Source: the human T2T-CHM13v2.0 reference genome, Homo sapiens. From it: a DNA stretch of 64,000 nt. A program made the translations under genes and the position numbers. Of the stretch, positions 43,706 through 57,406 are shown one piece after another. Below the pieces are notes generated by a model. It was not told the DNA's origin, made no database searches, and saw only the letters and a program-made list of their open reading frames with translations. The number at the start of each line of letters is the position of its first letter. The first letter of the stretch is position 1. The stretch is from NCBI RefSeq assembly GCF_009914755.1, contig NC_060931.1; one strand, given 5' to 3'.

Positions 43706-44511
43706 TTGCAGCTTTCCCATAGAATTAAAAACCCTGACTAATTACCAGAAACTCAGCATTTAAAATCACTGTGGATAAGAGTCAGGCTAGAACTATAAGA
43801 TCATGTTACCCACTTTCTGTAGGGAAGTATAATTCAGCATTTCAAATCAGAATGGAGGTGCTTCAAAGATTTGCCATTTTAAGAAGAAAAAAAAAAGGAT
43901 AACATTCATCAGAGCATTTGCCAAGAGACAGTCTTAGCACTAAGGCAGCTCTCATCCTTCTGGAAGCTTGACAGTCTTACCATGATGGTGAATGAGACAA
44001 GTTTTACTATCATTTCAGGCTCATTGCTGTAAATGTAACCTTTCTTCAGGTGAATGTCCTAGGAAGAAAAATATTGTTCCTTACAGAAAAAACAAACAAA
44101 AAAACTAGTTAAAGTATTTCATGGGAAAAAAACTATTTAAATTCATTATTCTGTCAGATTCCGTGGAGGGCCTCCGAGGCTGCCAGAAACAGCCCTTTCT
44201 TTGAGCACTTATTTCTGTGATACCCTGAGTACACAAATTCCTTTTACAAGTGACTTTTCCTCAGACAACAATTGAATTCTAATGTGTTTATCTTGAACTT
44301 GTATTATGGCTGGTAGCCTAAGCATTGTATTTCAACAGCCTCTTAAAAGTGTCCATAATAGATGTGGAAAATCAAAGTGCCACACATCCAGTTGTTTTTC
44401 AGCTTTTGGTGCCTTAATTTGCATCGCCTGATCAGCTGAGGATCTGCTGAGTGCAGAAACAATCTTCGTGCACCGGCTAATTTATAGCATGGCAGAACAG
44501 TTGTTTTCTAG

Positions 44512-44981
<470 letters not shown>

Positions 44982-45184
44982 TATCATTTTGTTTATATGA
45001 ACTATAAGCCACTAGCATCCACAAAGGGGGAAATGTCTTCTGATTGATAGAGCTTCCTTTTCTTTTTTGAACAAATGCTAAGAAGTAGCAACAGCCAAAG
45101 GACAAGAGCTGTATTGTCTTCTCTCATGTGTGGCAAGAACAAACAAGATTGAGAATCTGATTGCATTGAAGAGGCATTGTTCAT

Positions 45185-45245
45185 TAAACTTCCTCCAGAC
45201 CTGGGGAAGAGGATAAACTTCCTCCAGACCTGGGGAAGAAGATAA
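45185..45245. repeat. 29-bp tandem duplication
   Basis: TAAACTTCCTCCAGACCTGGGGAAGA(G/A)GA x2. Confidence 0.95.
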
Positions 45246-45375
45246 TCTGTTCCACAGAAAATACAGAATGCGTAACATTCAATGAACTTTGCACAGGGAT
45301 CCCAGAAGTCTTGGCTGTGATCCAGGACCTACCATGACTTTCTTTGTTTCCACCTCCTGATGATCTTAACCCGTG

Positions 45376-45739
45376 TCATATAGTTTGGCTGTGTCCCCAC
45401 CCAAATCTCATCGTGAATTGTAGCTCCCATAATCCCCACGTGTTATGGGCGGGACGTGGCGGGAGGTATTTGAATCCTGGGGGCAGATTTTTCCCATGCT
45501 ATTCTTGTGGTAGTGAATAAGTCTCGCAAGATCTGATGGTTTTATAAAGGGGAGTTCCCCTGCACACGCTCTCTTGCCTGCCGCCATGTAAGATGTATCT
45601 TTGCTCCTCCTTCACCTTCTGCCGTGATTTTGAGGCCCCCTCAGCCACATGAAACTGTGAGTCCATTAAACCTCTTTTTCTTTATAAATTACCCAGTCTC
45701 AAGTATTTCTTCATAGCAGTATGAAAATGGACTAATACA
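45376..45739 (+). mobile_element. THE1-type MaLR solo LTR
   Basis: GTTTGGCTGTGTCCCCACCCAAATCTCATC...GGACTAATACA; TSD CCGTG/CTGTG. Confidence 0.9.
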
Positions 45740-46239
45740 CTGTGTAACCTCTAAGTTTCCTCAACGGTAAACAAGATTTTTTTTTTGACCAATGATCTCT
45801 AAAATTGCATTTGGCTTTAATATTCTGTGATTTCATGAAAATTTATATTAAATTTGCCTTATGTTCCATACAGCTCTAAGCTGTCTCTGGCTAAAATAGG
45901 GAAACATTGTACAGGCACTCCCAGGAAGGGAAGGACGCTCCCCTTTTGTTCTGTCCAATTTGGGTAAACCTTTGTCTATGTTTGTTTATAATAACTAGAA
46001 GGAAAAACAGTACAAGAATATTCTGTGTCTTTATCAACAGCACGAACACTTCTGCCATCTTAAATAAGTTAATTTCTCTGGATGCTTCACTATCTGGCGT
46101 TGCACCAGCTGCTGTGTGGCTCTTTAATAGGCATAGAGGAAACAAGACTATAAGCCTTTCAGATCATGCAATGATTTCTCTCTACCACCCCATCCTTTAC
46201 CTTTTGTTAAAATATTTGCAATGCCCTTCACATTGCCAC

Positions 46240-46275
<36 letters not shown>

Positions 46276-46419
46276 CTGCATAGAAACACACACCACAGGT
46301 CGTCTCCCCTTCCCTTTTAGTTCCCCCCCAGCAGGCAGATTTCTCTCCCTAGCCATGTCCTGTGCAGCCTACACTGTGCCGCATCCTGGGTTGTTTAGAG
46401 TCCCATAGGGCATGGATTG

Positions 46420-46620
46420 GCCAGCCACAGCCTGCAGGCCGAGCAGGCCCCCAATGTGTTTTTATAAATCATGTATCGTGGATCGCGTGGGAACACAGAT
46501 GCTGTTTGTGTTCATGCTTTGTCAGTGGCTGGTGCAACAACAGCAGAGTTCAGTTGTGAGGGACAACCATGTGTTTGCTGCAGAGCCTAGGCTATTTACT
46601 TTCTGGGCCTTTGCAGATGA
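46420..46620. mobile_element. MER58A-like hAT remnant
   Basis: CAGCCTGCAGGCC...GGAACACAG...GCAGAGTT...TATTTACT...GGCCTTTGCAGA. Confidence 0.6.
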
Positions 46621-49081
46621 AAGAGGACAGCCCTGCTGTAGGGTGACGCCATCATCATCTCTAAGGACTGCTCTCAGGGACACCATCCCTGAAGTGTGGG
46701 GGATTCAGGGGCTCCCCTCATCTAATTTGAAGCACCTTTTGTTTTTCCCTGTGGGGCCTGGCGACAGGGTACTTCTGTGGCTCAGCAGGCAGCAGGCAGG
46801 TGAGCGAGCTGTGGCCAGGTGCTGGGAGGCCTCCCTGTGGCCACATGTAGCCTTCGAGGGAATGTACTCTGCAGGGGTGTGAAAGCGCCCCTTCTCCTTT
46901 TTTTTTTCCATCAAGGCTGTTCTTGTTTATTTTGACCAGATAATAAAATAACAGTGTGGAATAAAATAATAGTTGTGTAAAGGAAGATAGTTGAGGTTCT
47001 AAGGCCAGCATTTGAGGTTCTCTTCCACATTTTGGGGTAACTCATGTAAATACAATATAAGCATAACTTCTGGAAGCTCATTACCCTAAATTTGACCTGC
47101 TCTTTCCCAACTTATTATAGTTCTAGAGTGTCTATTTCTGTAAAATATAGGGATATGCCCAAGATATTCATCTGAAGGATCACTGCACCTGTGTGTGTAC
47201 ACACTCACGTACATACAAACACGAGCAGACACTCACAGCTGTCATCTGGAAGAGGAGAGTTTCTAGGACCACAGAGACAGCAGTGCAGACCTTGTTTTGC
47301 TACAAAACCCACTTGCAGGAAACGAGGAAGCAGAACACTGCCCAGATGCTTTGCTGAGTCAGGGCAGCGGGAGACTGTCTGTGAGCTGCACAGTCTCAGC
47401 ATATGGTGACCAGGATGGATCCTGGTCTGCAGGTCACATGAGCCGACACTGCCAGTACCAGGGAGGAGGCTCAGTGCCAGCACGTTTGGATGGAAATGAA
47501 AACAAGGCTTCGGCACTGAGGTAGCGGAGGGTCCGTCATAGCCCAGGGTGCCATCCTGGCTGGAGGTGCAGGGACAGAAGGCCCGGGGGAGGAGCTCAGG
47601 GACCAGCCCCAGGGATGGCGAATGTCCTGACATAACGCTGTGCCCATCCCAGTGGGTGCTGAGGAAGCTGAACGGCAGTGCTGACTCTGGGCACAGTGAT
47701 AGCCAAACAAACTCCTCACTTGCTGGGCTCTGCGGGGCAGACAGTGAAGGGGAGCTGCAGGTCAGCAGACAGAGAGGGACCAGTGTCCCGTGCATGCCAG
47801 AGAAGGGGGGGGACGTGCCCGGTAGGAGGGGGAGTGAGTCATGAGGGGCCCTGTCCGAGAGGGATGCCGGTCACCACACCGGGCTCCTCTAACCCTAGCG
47901 TTAGTCATGTGCCCTCAGCTGGAAAGTAGACAACTTCTCATGTCAGCGTGGCACATCCCAGCATTGAAATCCCACGTACACCGGCCTAACCTCCCACCCA
48001 GGCTTCTCTCCCTAACCTGCCGCACAGAGTGGAACCTGCCCCTGGCTCAGCTGGTCTCCCTGCCGTCCGAGGCCCCGTTGGCCCCTCTCGATTATGATCC
48101 AGGCTTAGTGGATGGCAGCACAGTGCATGGTACATAAAGAAATGGCATCATGCTTGGTACATGTCATTTTGTTTATCCTTTACAGCAGCCCTGGGAGGTG
48201 TGCGACCTTGGTCCCCTCTACAAATGAGGAGACTCAGGCTCCGTTGCAGAGGCACAGGGGCCCCTGGGCTCACAGCCTGGCTCAGACCCCAATCTGCAGA
48301 CTTCCCCACCACCACGCGCTGCTCTCCCGTTCACCTGACTCCAAGCTTCCAGTCAAAGTCGGCTTTACAAGGCTTTGGTGGGCTCCCCAGCCCACACCTG
48401 TGCCCCCTGATATTCTAAGGGCGGTTATCACTTGTAGCTAAGACCTGGGGCTGGTTACATGTTGCATCACTCTCCAAAGGCCTGGCCCGGAGCTGTGCTC
48501 ATGATCATCAACATGCATGTGATGATCTAATCAGCAGTCTGAAATGTTATTTAATTTTCTTTTATTTCCAAGAAATCTAATGTCACGTGAAGCCCTTAGT
48601 CCAGCACGGGGCTGGGTGCAGTTCCCTTAAGGGGGAATGTAAAGCTATTCTGTCTGTACCGGCATCTGCGCTCTAATACTCCCTAGAAAATAAGTAGGAA
48701 TCACAGCAAAGTGCAATAGGATGCAAGTTTTGTCTCCTAAGAAGCTTATAAACTGGTGGGTGGAGACAAGGCATTAATATCTGGATGGGACAAGCAGGGC
48801 AGTGATGCAGAAAAAAACACCTCTCAGTATATGAAATGTTCTCCAGGAGGTCAGATGATCCCTGTCAGGAGCTGAGGAACTGAAGACAGGCCAGCAGGAT
48901 GGCTGGAGCGGCCAGGATGGGGCTGGGGTGGGGAACGTCCTGCAGCTGTTCTGGGGAGACCGCGAGCTCGTCACCCCACGGCCTCCACCTCTTTTCAGTG
49001 CATAGATAGACGGTGTTCCCATCTTCCCGCACGTAGACAGAGTCTGGGACTGAGTTAATGCCACTGAAATGTGAGAGGAAT

Positions 49082-49559
<478 letters not shown>

Positions 49560-49993
49560 TCAACGGACTTACTTGCAATTGGCCTCTAGGCAGGTGTGGT
49601 CGCTGGTGGACTTAGGGTCCCATGGAGGACCTTGGGGAGGCTCAGATCCCAGGAAAGCAGCTGGGGAACCAGGGCGGCTATGAGGAGAACCCCTTGACTC
49701 AGGAAAGTAGTCTGGTCTCAAGTTCTAGGGCCACCCTTAGGATAGCCAGAGGAAGGCTAGAAAGCCCTGTGGGCCTCCAGCTTCCAGCCTTCCAAAAGTG
49801 AGGAGGTGGGGCTGTAAGATTACGCTGGCTGATGGCTGTCGCAAAACACTAAGTTTATTACATAAAAGCCTCAATTCCCTCCTAACTATCACCAAAACAG
49901 ATGAGTTGTGGTGTCCAGCTCATCATCATTGAAGAAAGAACACCTCCTTTCTTCAATTTGTTCTTTTGTGTTTTCTTCCCTCTTCAGAGCTAA

Positions 49994-50287
49994 CTTTTTT
50001 TTTTTTTTTGAGACAGTCTCACTTGGTTGCCCAGGCTGGAGCACAGTGGCGCGATCTCGCCCACTGCAACCTCTCCCTCCCGGGTTCAAGTGATTCTCCT
50101 TCCTCAGCCTCCCAAGTAGCTGGGATAACAGGCGCCCGCCACCATGCCTAACTAATTTTTGTATTTTTAATAGAGATGGGGTTTCACCATGTTGGCCAGG
50201 CTGGTCTCAAGCTCCTGACCTCAAGTGACCATCTGCCTCGCCCTCCCAGAGTGCTGGAATTACAGGCATGAGCCACTGTGCCCAGCC
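49994..50287 (-). mobile_element. AluS-type SINE
   Basis: Antisense Alu flanked by CAGAGCTA. Confidence 0.93.
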
Positions 50288-51879
50288 CAGAGCTACCTTT
50301 GATGCCCATTTTCATCATGTTCAGCTTGGTGTTGGGGAAAGCACACCAGGAGATTCCTGCCCAGGGATGGCCCTAGGACAGGTCCTGGAGCTGCCCCTCA
50401 GAGTGGCCCACTGCATCACGTGAAGCAAGAACGCACCCTTTGGTTAAGCCTGTTGGAATTACACATGCCAGATCCCATTCAACTGAGGGAAAGGATGACA
50501 TAGGTTCAAAAAAATATATGACAGGTGCTACGAGGGCTGTCCTAGTTCTCTCTTAGTAAGGAGAACCTCTGAGACAGGGGCAAGAAGCTCCTTCCTGCAG
50601 TGTATTACATCCTATTCAGAGTCCCTTTCTCTCTGAAGAATATGATGAGCTCCCTGCAAAATCTGATCTCCTCCCTGGTTGGAAGGAATGAGTGGAACCT
50701 GAAAAGTGTGGCATTTTTATTGTCCCTGGAATCTGATCTATTACCTTTTCTGTCCTCTGCCTTTCATCTTCGTTCTACTCATGCGTTTGCCCCAGATGAG
50801 CAGGTAAGCTTTTCAGATCTGGGGATTGGGAACTTCCCATTTTAGATGGAAGTCCTGCCATTGGGTTGGCTGAAAAGGTGCGTAAGGAATCTGTCAGATT
50901 TATCACATGGAAGTCTAGGGCAGGCACTGAAATCCTTTTAGGAAAAATGAGTTTCCAGGGTAGAGACCAAACCTCTAAGTCTTAAAGAGAGCAAAGCAAA
51001 GAAGTTGACATTTAGATCTTTCAGCAAACCATGAAGATTCTCTGCCTGTAGGTGACTAGATGCTAGAAAGAGCCTAATGGATGAGTTGAGAAAGAAAACA
51101 GCCGAGTCAAGATTGCTAATGCGTTCATTACATGCATGTGAGTGCTTTGCTGTAGAAAGTTATCGACGTCCAACCCCATGAGACCATTACTGTCCCATTT
51201 AGCCTGACTTCTCTCACACGGCCTCCTCTCGCCTTCCCTGCAACTTCATTTTTAGTTTCGTATTCCTCAAGACCTATCCCTTAAAGAAGGAAAGCAAAGA
51301 ATGGTGGAAAAATTCACATCCATAAAAGGGTTTCTAAAGCTAGGAGCCTTGCTAAGCTGCCTGAGTTGTCACATTGCAGAGTGCACGGAATGGCCGGTTG
51401 AGTCTCATCAGTGTGGTGGTGGTTACACACGCTCATTTTGCCTGATCAAATCGTTTCATTAAAAATTCTTAAGCTGTAGACACAAAAGTACTTTTTCAAA
51501 TACATCAGTGGCAATACAGAAGTAGACTGTAATTCATTTGTGTGCACTTATAATACAACACACCTCCCCAAATAAAATGCATTTTTTTTCTGGGTGTTCA
51601 CTGCAATTTGCTACAATCAGAAAAATCATAAAGGGTAGAATGATGTCATTTTTTAATATATTATTTTCATTTTTCAATGCCTCGAAGAAGGTGCATTAAG
51701 ATCATCCATTACCTTAGCGATAGTACTGTTAGTCCCATACTTCATATACAGTACAAATTCGTTATTATCAGTTAATATTGACTTAGTGCTCAAAGTGTTC
51801 TAGATAACACACAGTCTATAAAGTACAAGCGTTAAGTCACAGCCATTTGCAATTTCTCTTCTGACTGCCAAGAATTAAT

Positions 51880-52300
51880 CTCTTATTCAACAAATATTGT
51901 TAAGTGCCTGCTCTGTGCCACAGTTGGGAGCAAAACAGACATGGCCTCGGGGCTCAGAGAGTGCACAGCTTTCCAGTCTAGCAACAAAGTCAGACGTTAA
52001 ACCAACAATTACTGAAATTAGTCTTAAATTATAGTTGTGACAGAGACACAAAGGTGAGTGTGGGGCACTGTGAGGAGTCTGAAAAAAAAGGACCTCACTC
52101 AGGCTGGGGTTAGGGATTCCTCCCCAAAGACTGGTTTCTTTGAATGGTTTCATTCATTTGCTTGCCATTTATTTGAATGTGTCAAGTCTTGTGCTAGATT
52201 TAAGAAGATAAGAAGGTGAATAAGACAGAATTCTGATTCTCAGGGAACTCCATGCTCTCATATGAAAGACAGCTATGAAAGCAAATAATTGCACAGACTT
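51880..52300 (-). mobile_element. Two L2 3'-end remnants
   Basis: ATTCAACAAATATTGTTAAGTGCCTGCTCTGTGCC and TTCATTCATT...ATTTATTTGAATG...TGTGCTAG. Confidence 0.7.
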
Positions 52301-55300
52301 TCATCATATCACTTTATTGCATTTTGCTATGAAAGATACTATGCTGACATGCCTCCTGGAAAGAGGAACCAGATGGAAGCTACACAGATTAGATAAACCA
52401 GCTGGATCTTAGAAGATCAGTTGATAACATGGCAGTTCATACAGCATGAAGTTTTCTCTTACTAAGCTAAAGTCGAGAAACATGCCCGATCGTAAGGAGC
52501 ATCATCAAAGTGGCAGAAGGTGTAAAGGGAGGTTAGTGTTTTGACTGTATGCTGGGCCAGCCAGGACAAGACATGGCATGGCTCCTTCTCACAAGTAAAA
52601 TCATGCTAACAATGCACTGTGGCCCTCTAGCTTCCTCCTCCCTCTTTTGAGTCTGTCTGCAGGGAACAGGCTTTTACAGTTCCAGGACATAGGATGCAGA
52701 AAGCACCCAGAAGGAAAGAGGGAAAACTCATTTTGTCAGTCCACCGAAAAGCTGGTGCTGACCTAGCCATGACAGCACTTCCTTCCAAACCAGAGGATCT
52801 ATTTGAATATTGGCCAAGGGTCACAGACATGGAGTTCCCATATATGAACCCTCCGTTTTGGCTTTGGTGGGATTGATATGGACAAAACACGCCGCAACTT
52901 AAGTGTTGAAGTCAAGTGTTGAAGTCAAGTGCAGAGTCACTTGACTCTGTAGCAATATTGTCTCAACAATAGACTAAGAATTACTTGTGAGTGGTTTTGC
53001 ACTGAAATAGTCTCTATGAGGTTGTACTAGGTGGGCCCTAATTTTATAGCTAGGGGAACTAAGGTCCCAGAGAGGTGAGCTGATTTACTCCATGTTTCAT
53101 GACACACAGAAACGGGGATGGGACCACGGTCTACCCACCCCAGCTGCAGTGACTGCACCATGGGAACTATTTCCCCTTGCATCTCCCTGTAGGACTCTGA
53201 TGATTCATGTTGACATGTGTTAAATGCCAGAGGTGAAGACTTTGACCCATAGAGAAGAGAGCCCACCTGGGGACTAAGCAGGACTTAGTTACCACTCCAG
53301 CTGCCACCTGGAGTAATCTTCCTGTCTCTACTCTTTAAGCCCCAATTCATGTAAGATCTGAATAAAAGCGGTGTGTTCGCCAAGCATATGCGCAGCTTCA
53401 AGACAAGGTGTCTGGCCTTTTCTTTCAACCAGATTGCAGCTCCGAAATCTCTCCTGTAGCGAAACCTGGAACTTCCATAGACATTGGTGCTCCCATCTCT
53501 GCACATGGGAGAGGGCACAGTCTGTTTTCCAGGAGTGACTGATTGCCTTCAATAGATCAGGAAACTAACCGCGGACAGAATCAGTTCTACACTGATTTTA
53601 TACTGTGAATGTTTAAAGTGAGGCGTTGTCCCTAACGGAAGGGTTAGAGAAATGTGCATTGCTTAATGGGTTTCTTATGAAGATTAAATGAGTTCGTGCA
53701 TAGCAGGCATGGAACACACAGCAGTGGCTAGCACAAAAATGAGCCCTTGATGTGTTGGAATGTGTTGTCATTGTAAACCAGCCACTGTTGGCACCAGACA
53801 GCCTCGGGGTGCTAGAGCTGCCTGTGACCCACGAATGCCATGTGAACAAACTGACACAGCCATGGCATTTTCTCTAAAGCAAACACATGAACTCAGCAGG
53901 TCCCTGACCACAGATGTCCATGGTGGGAGGTGGTGCTGGGTGATGTCTGTAATGAAGCAGAGATTCCTGGGCCCCTCTGGGGTTTGGTGGTTAACAATTC
54001 ATCCCAGTAGTCCAGGCCTGGATCCCACAGCCATGGAATGATTCCCTGGCAGGACACTGCTGGAGAGAGAGGGCCCCACAGACTCCATCACTTGGGTGAC
54101 CTTTGGTATAAAAGGAAGGAAGAAACAGGAAACAGGAGGTGACTGCATTTATCTACAGCAGCCTCAGCTGTCTCTTGGCCTCTGGGGTCCATGCTGCAGC
54201 TCTGAGTCTTTTTCAGAAACGGGAATTCAAAGGATAAGGTTTTAAATCATTGACCATAGAGCTGAAGGTGTATCAGGTACACAGCAAGGTAAGAAATGCA
54301 GTCCCAATCTTTTCACTGGAGTTTCTGCATGGATAATCAGAGGAGTTTTCAGAACATGCTAGATAAGAAACAATCTCTCTTGCACTCCTCTCTCCCTCTC
54401 TCTGTTTCTGTTTGTCTCTCTCTCCTTTCCTACACACTTCCCCAGGAAAGTTCGATTTCCATAAGCTCTTGTAGCTGCATATTTTACCTGTGGCTGGGAA
54501 AAAAAAGGAATGGGTAGCAAGCCAAGCACCTCTGAAGCGTTTCTGCAATGGCAACTTAAATCTTCTGTGAAAAGATGCTGGATAGAGAATACTGGATGAG
54601 CTGCTCCAGTGTGGAATGGTGCCTGAGGAATTGCTATTCCCCACCTCTATTCAATTTAGCACCACCGTTGTGCATGTTTCGATTAAAAAGAGGAACAAAA
54701 CATTTATGTACTCATTCAATTCACCGCTGCCTTTTTATCACGCATCTTCTGTGTGCCAGGCACCACCCCACGCCTGGCATCCTGCCAATGGCCATCCTTC
54801 CCAGGGCTGGATTTTGCCTCTCCTCTCCTTGCGACTTACAAGAATTTGCATTTAAACTGCACACTTCACCTGTTGGTTGATACCCAAAACCTTCTTAAGA
54901 GGGAAGAAAGCTTCTTCATGACATCCTTAATGACACGTAAGTGCCAGTTCCCTGTGAGATCTTGAGGGTGTGGACAGGTGGCCCTCAGAGGCATTGGCTG
55001 GAATTGGATCCTTTGCTGAATGCTGCATATTTTAGGAATGGACGGAGGAGCTTCCTGAGGTGGAGAGGAGGTCAGTAATGGGGAGGAGAGAGGGCAGGAA
55101 GGGAGGCAGGAGGCCGGTCTGTAAAATCAATTTTCCCAACTAAAAATGTAATGTCAGGAGGTAGCTGTGCTCCAGGCTGCTCAGATGTACATCTAGGCCT
55201 GTCTGTGTGACACTCTTGCCAGAGCGGGCTGTGTCTTGTGCAGTGGGCACAGGAAGGTGGGATCCCTGGGCTGCTCACGAGGCCGCCCCACACTCTGTTC

Positions 55301-57205
55301 AGGAGACCTAGTTATGAGACGGCTGCCTGTGGTTGCCTACCATTCTGCCTCTTCCCTGCCACCTCATCAGCACTTTTACCTGTCGCCTGCTTATTTAAAC
55401 ACGTGGTCCAGCAATCACAGTGAGTGTGGTGCTGACTGTTGAATGCCCATGCTCAGGGAGGCCCTTCACAAATTCTCAGCAAGGACTTCTCTCTGATGCA
55501 TGGTTGACCTGATGCTAATGGTCAGCTGGCCCCAGCGACACTCTGGCATTATTTTACCCCCTCTACACTTTCCCTAGATTCGCCTTTCCATCCCCTTTTT
55601 GACCGTTCTGATTTTGTAAAAGCCTTGTTTTTCAGGAAATACCAATATACCCTTAATAAAGTTTTATTAATAAGGTGTTTAAAAAGGACCCAGAGTCAAT
55701 GATTTCATCAATTAGAGCACGAAATACAAAAGTCTGAAGATCCAAAGGAATGAATCTCTAATGGCCAGCTCATGACACTATGTGGCAGCTAGGGAGATAT
55801 TTTCGGGCAGAGGTCTTCCCTTGCCTCTCAAATTCTAGAAGTAAACATCTGTTGATTTTGTAATCAACAAAATGTATTATATGTCCGAGAGAGTGACTTG
55901 TCTTGGAAATTTCAGACATCAGATCAATTCGGTACTTGAGTCCTATACCAGGGCCACTAAAGGACTTCCAGTCCAAATTCCATCAAATCATGTAGAGCCC
56001 TCTTTTTTGTCCTTCTCCATTTGCTCAGCTGTTTTTCCTCCCAAGTAGGGAGGGCAGGGCTGGGAAGCTTCATCAAGATTTCCTTTGACACGCTCTGGCT
56101 TCAGATAGTGATTTACTTTCTAATGACGTGCCTCTGTTTTCATTCCCTTTCCAGTGTCAATCTCAGTTGCAAACACCCCCAGGAAGCCACACACTCAGCT
56201 CCATTCAGCTCCAGCCGTGGTGTGAATGAACAAGGAAGTGAGAAGAGTTTTTCATTGCTTATTGCCAGAAAAATGTGTCTGCCAGCTTCAGTGTTTATAA
56301 AAAGCAATTTTGCCTCCCCCTAAGCTAGCAGTGTTTAATAAACATGTAATAGAGAATGTAGGTTTAATATTTAAGCATCTCTATGCCCCGAGTCTGAGTG
56401 ATGCTCTGCTACATTCTTTCTGCAAAAGGGAATTTAAAAGAATGATGAGATCCAGCCCCGGCCTGAAACAAAGGCAGTTCCAGTGGAGTCTGCAGGGTTC
56501 ACTCTTTCCTTCCCTCTCTCCTCAGATAGCTGCTCCACGGTTTCCCCACTTAGGCAAATGAGCATCTGCTGTGTTCATGGAAATCGGTCCAAGTAACACA
56601 ATAGAGGCTGCTGCTCCTGGTGTGTGAAATCATCCCCCGAATTATCAATTGAAGGAAGATTGCATCGTAAAGCCCTGGAGCACGAGCCTCGTTAGCACGC
56701 TCGTTCCAGCACAGCCGGGGCTCGGTCCGTCTGGCCATGTATTTGGCAACCAGTGTGTGCTCCGGCCCACCCTCAACTAATGGGTGTTTGCATGGGTGTG
56801 CGTTTGTGCATGTGTGTTCACCGCCACTAGAGTGAGTTCTTTTTTGGCAGTTTGTTTGAACATATACTCACCCGAGGCGTGTGCTTGGACCTGTAGATGG
56901 ACAAAAGAGGAAGGCAGCAGGGCCCTGCCGGGTCATGTGATGTTGCAGCGGTGTTCTGGAGGACACCAGGAGGGATGGGAAGGCAGCGAGAAGAGCGTGT
57001 TGGGGACTGCGGTGGTGACTTCTCAGCCACCTTCCTCGAAGGGGTGGCCTTCTCCTTAGAGGGATAGCCAGTCTTGCTGTGACGTGGACTGGGAGGGTAG
57101 TGCCAGCACACAAGGAGGAGGCGGGTGTGGTGGGAGGCCTCACAACACACGGGGCCTTGCAGGCCATAACTAGGAGGGACCATCAGTTTCTTATTTTTGT
57201 GTGGG

Positions 57206-57406
57206 TTTTTTTTTTTTTTTTTTTTTTGAGACAGAGTTTCGGCCCACTGCAACCTCTGCCTCCCGTGTTCAAGCAATTCTCCCACCTCAACCTCTTGAGT
57301 AGCTGGGATTACAGGCACACACCACCACGCCTGGCTAATTTTTGTATTTTTAGTAGAGATGGGGTTTCACCATGTTAACCAGGCTGGTCTCAAACTCCTG
57401 ACCTCA
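57206..57406 (-). mobile_element. Truncated, internally deleted Alu
   Basis: Poly-T, then GAGACAGAGT jumping to CGGCCCACTGCAACC; stops after CTGACCTCAG. Confidence 0.88.
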
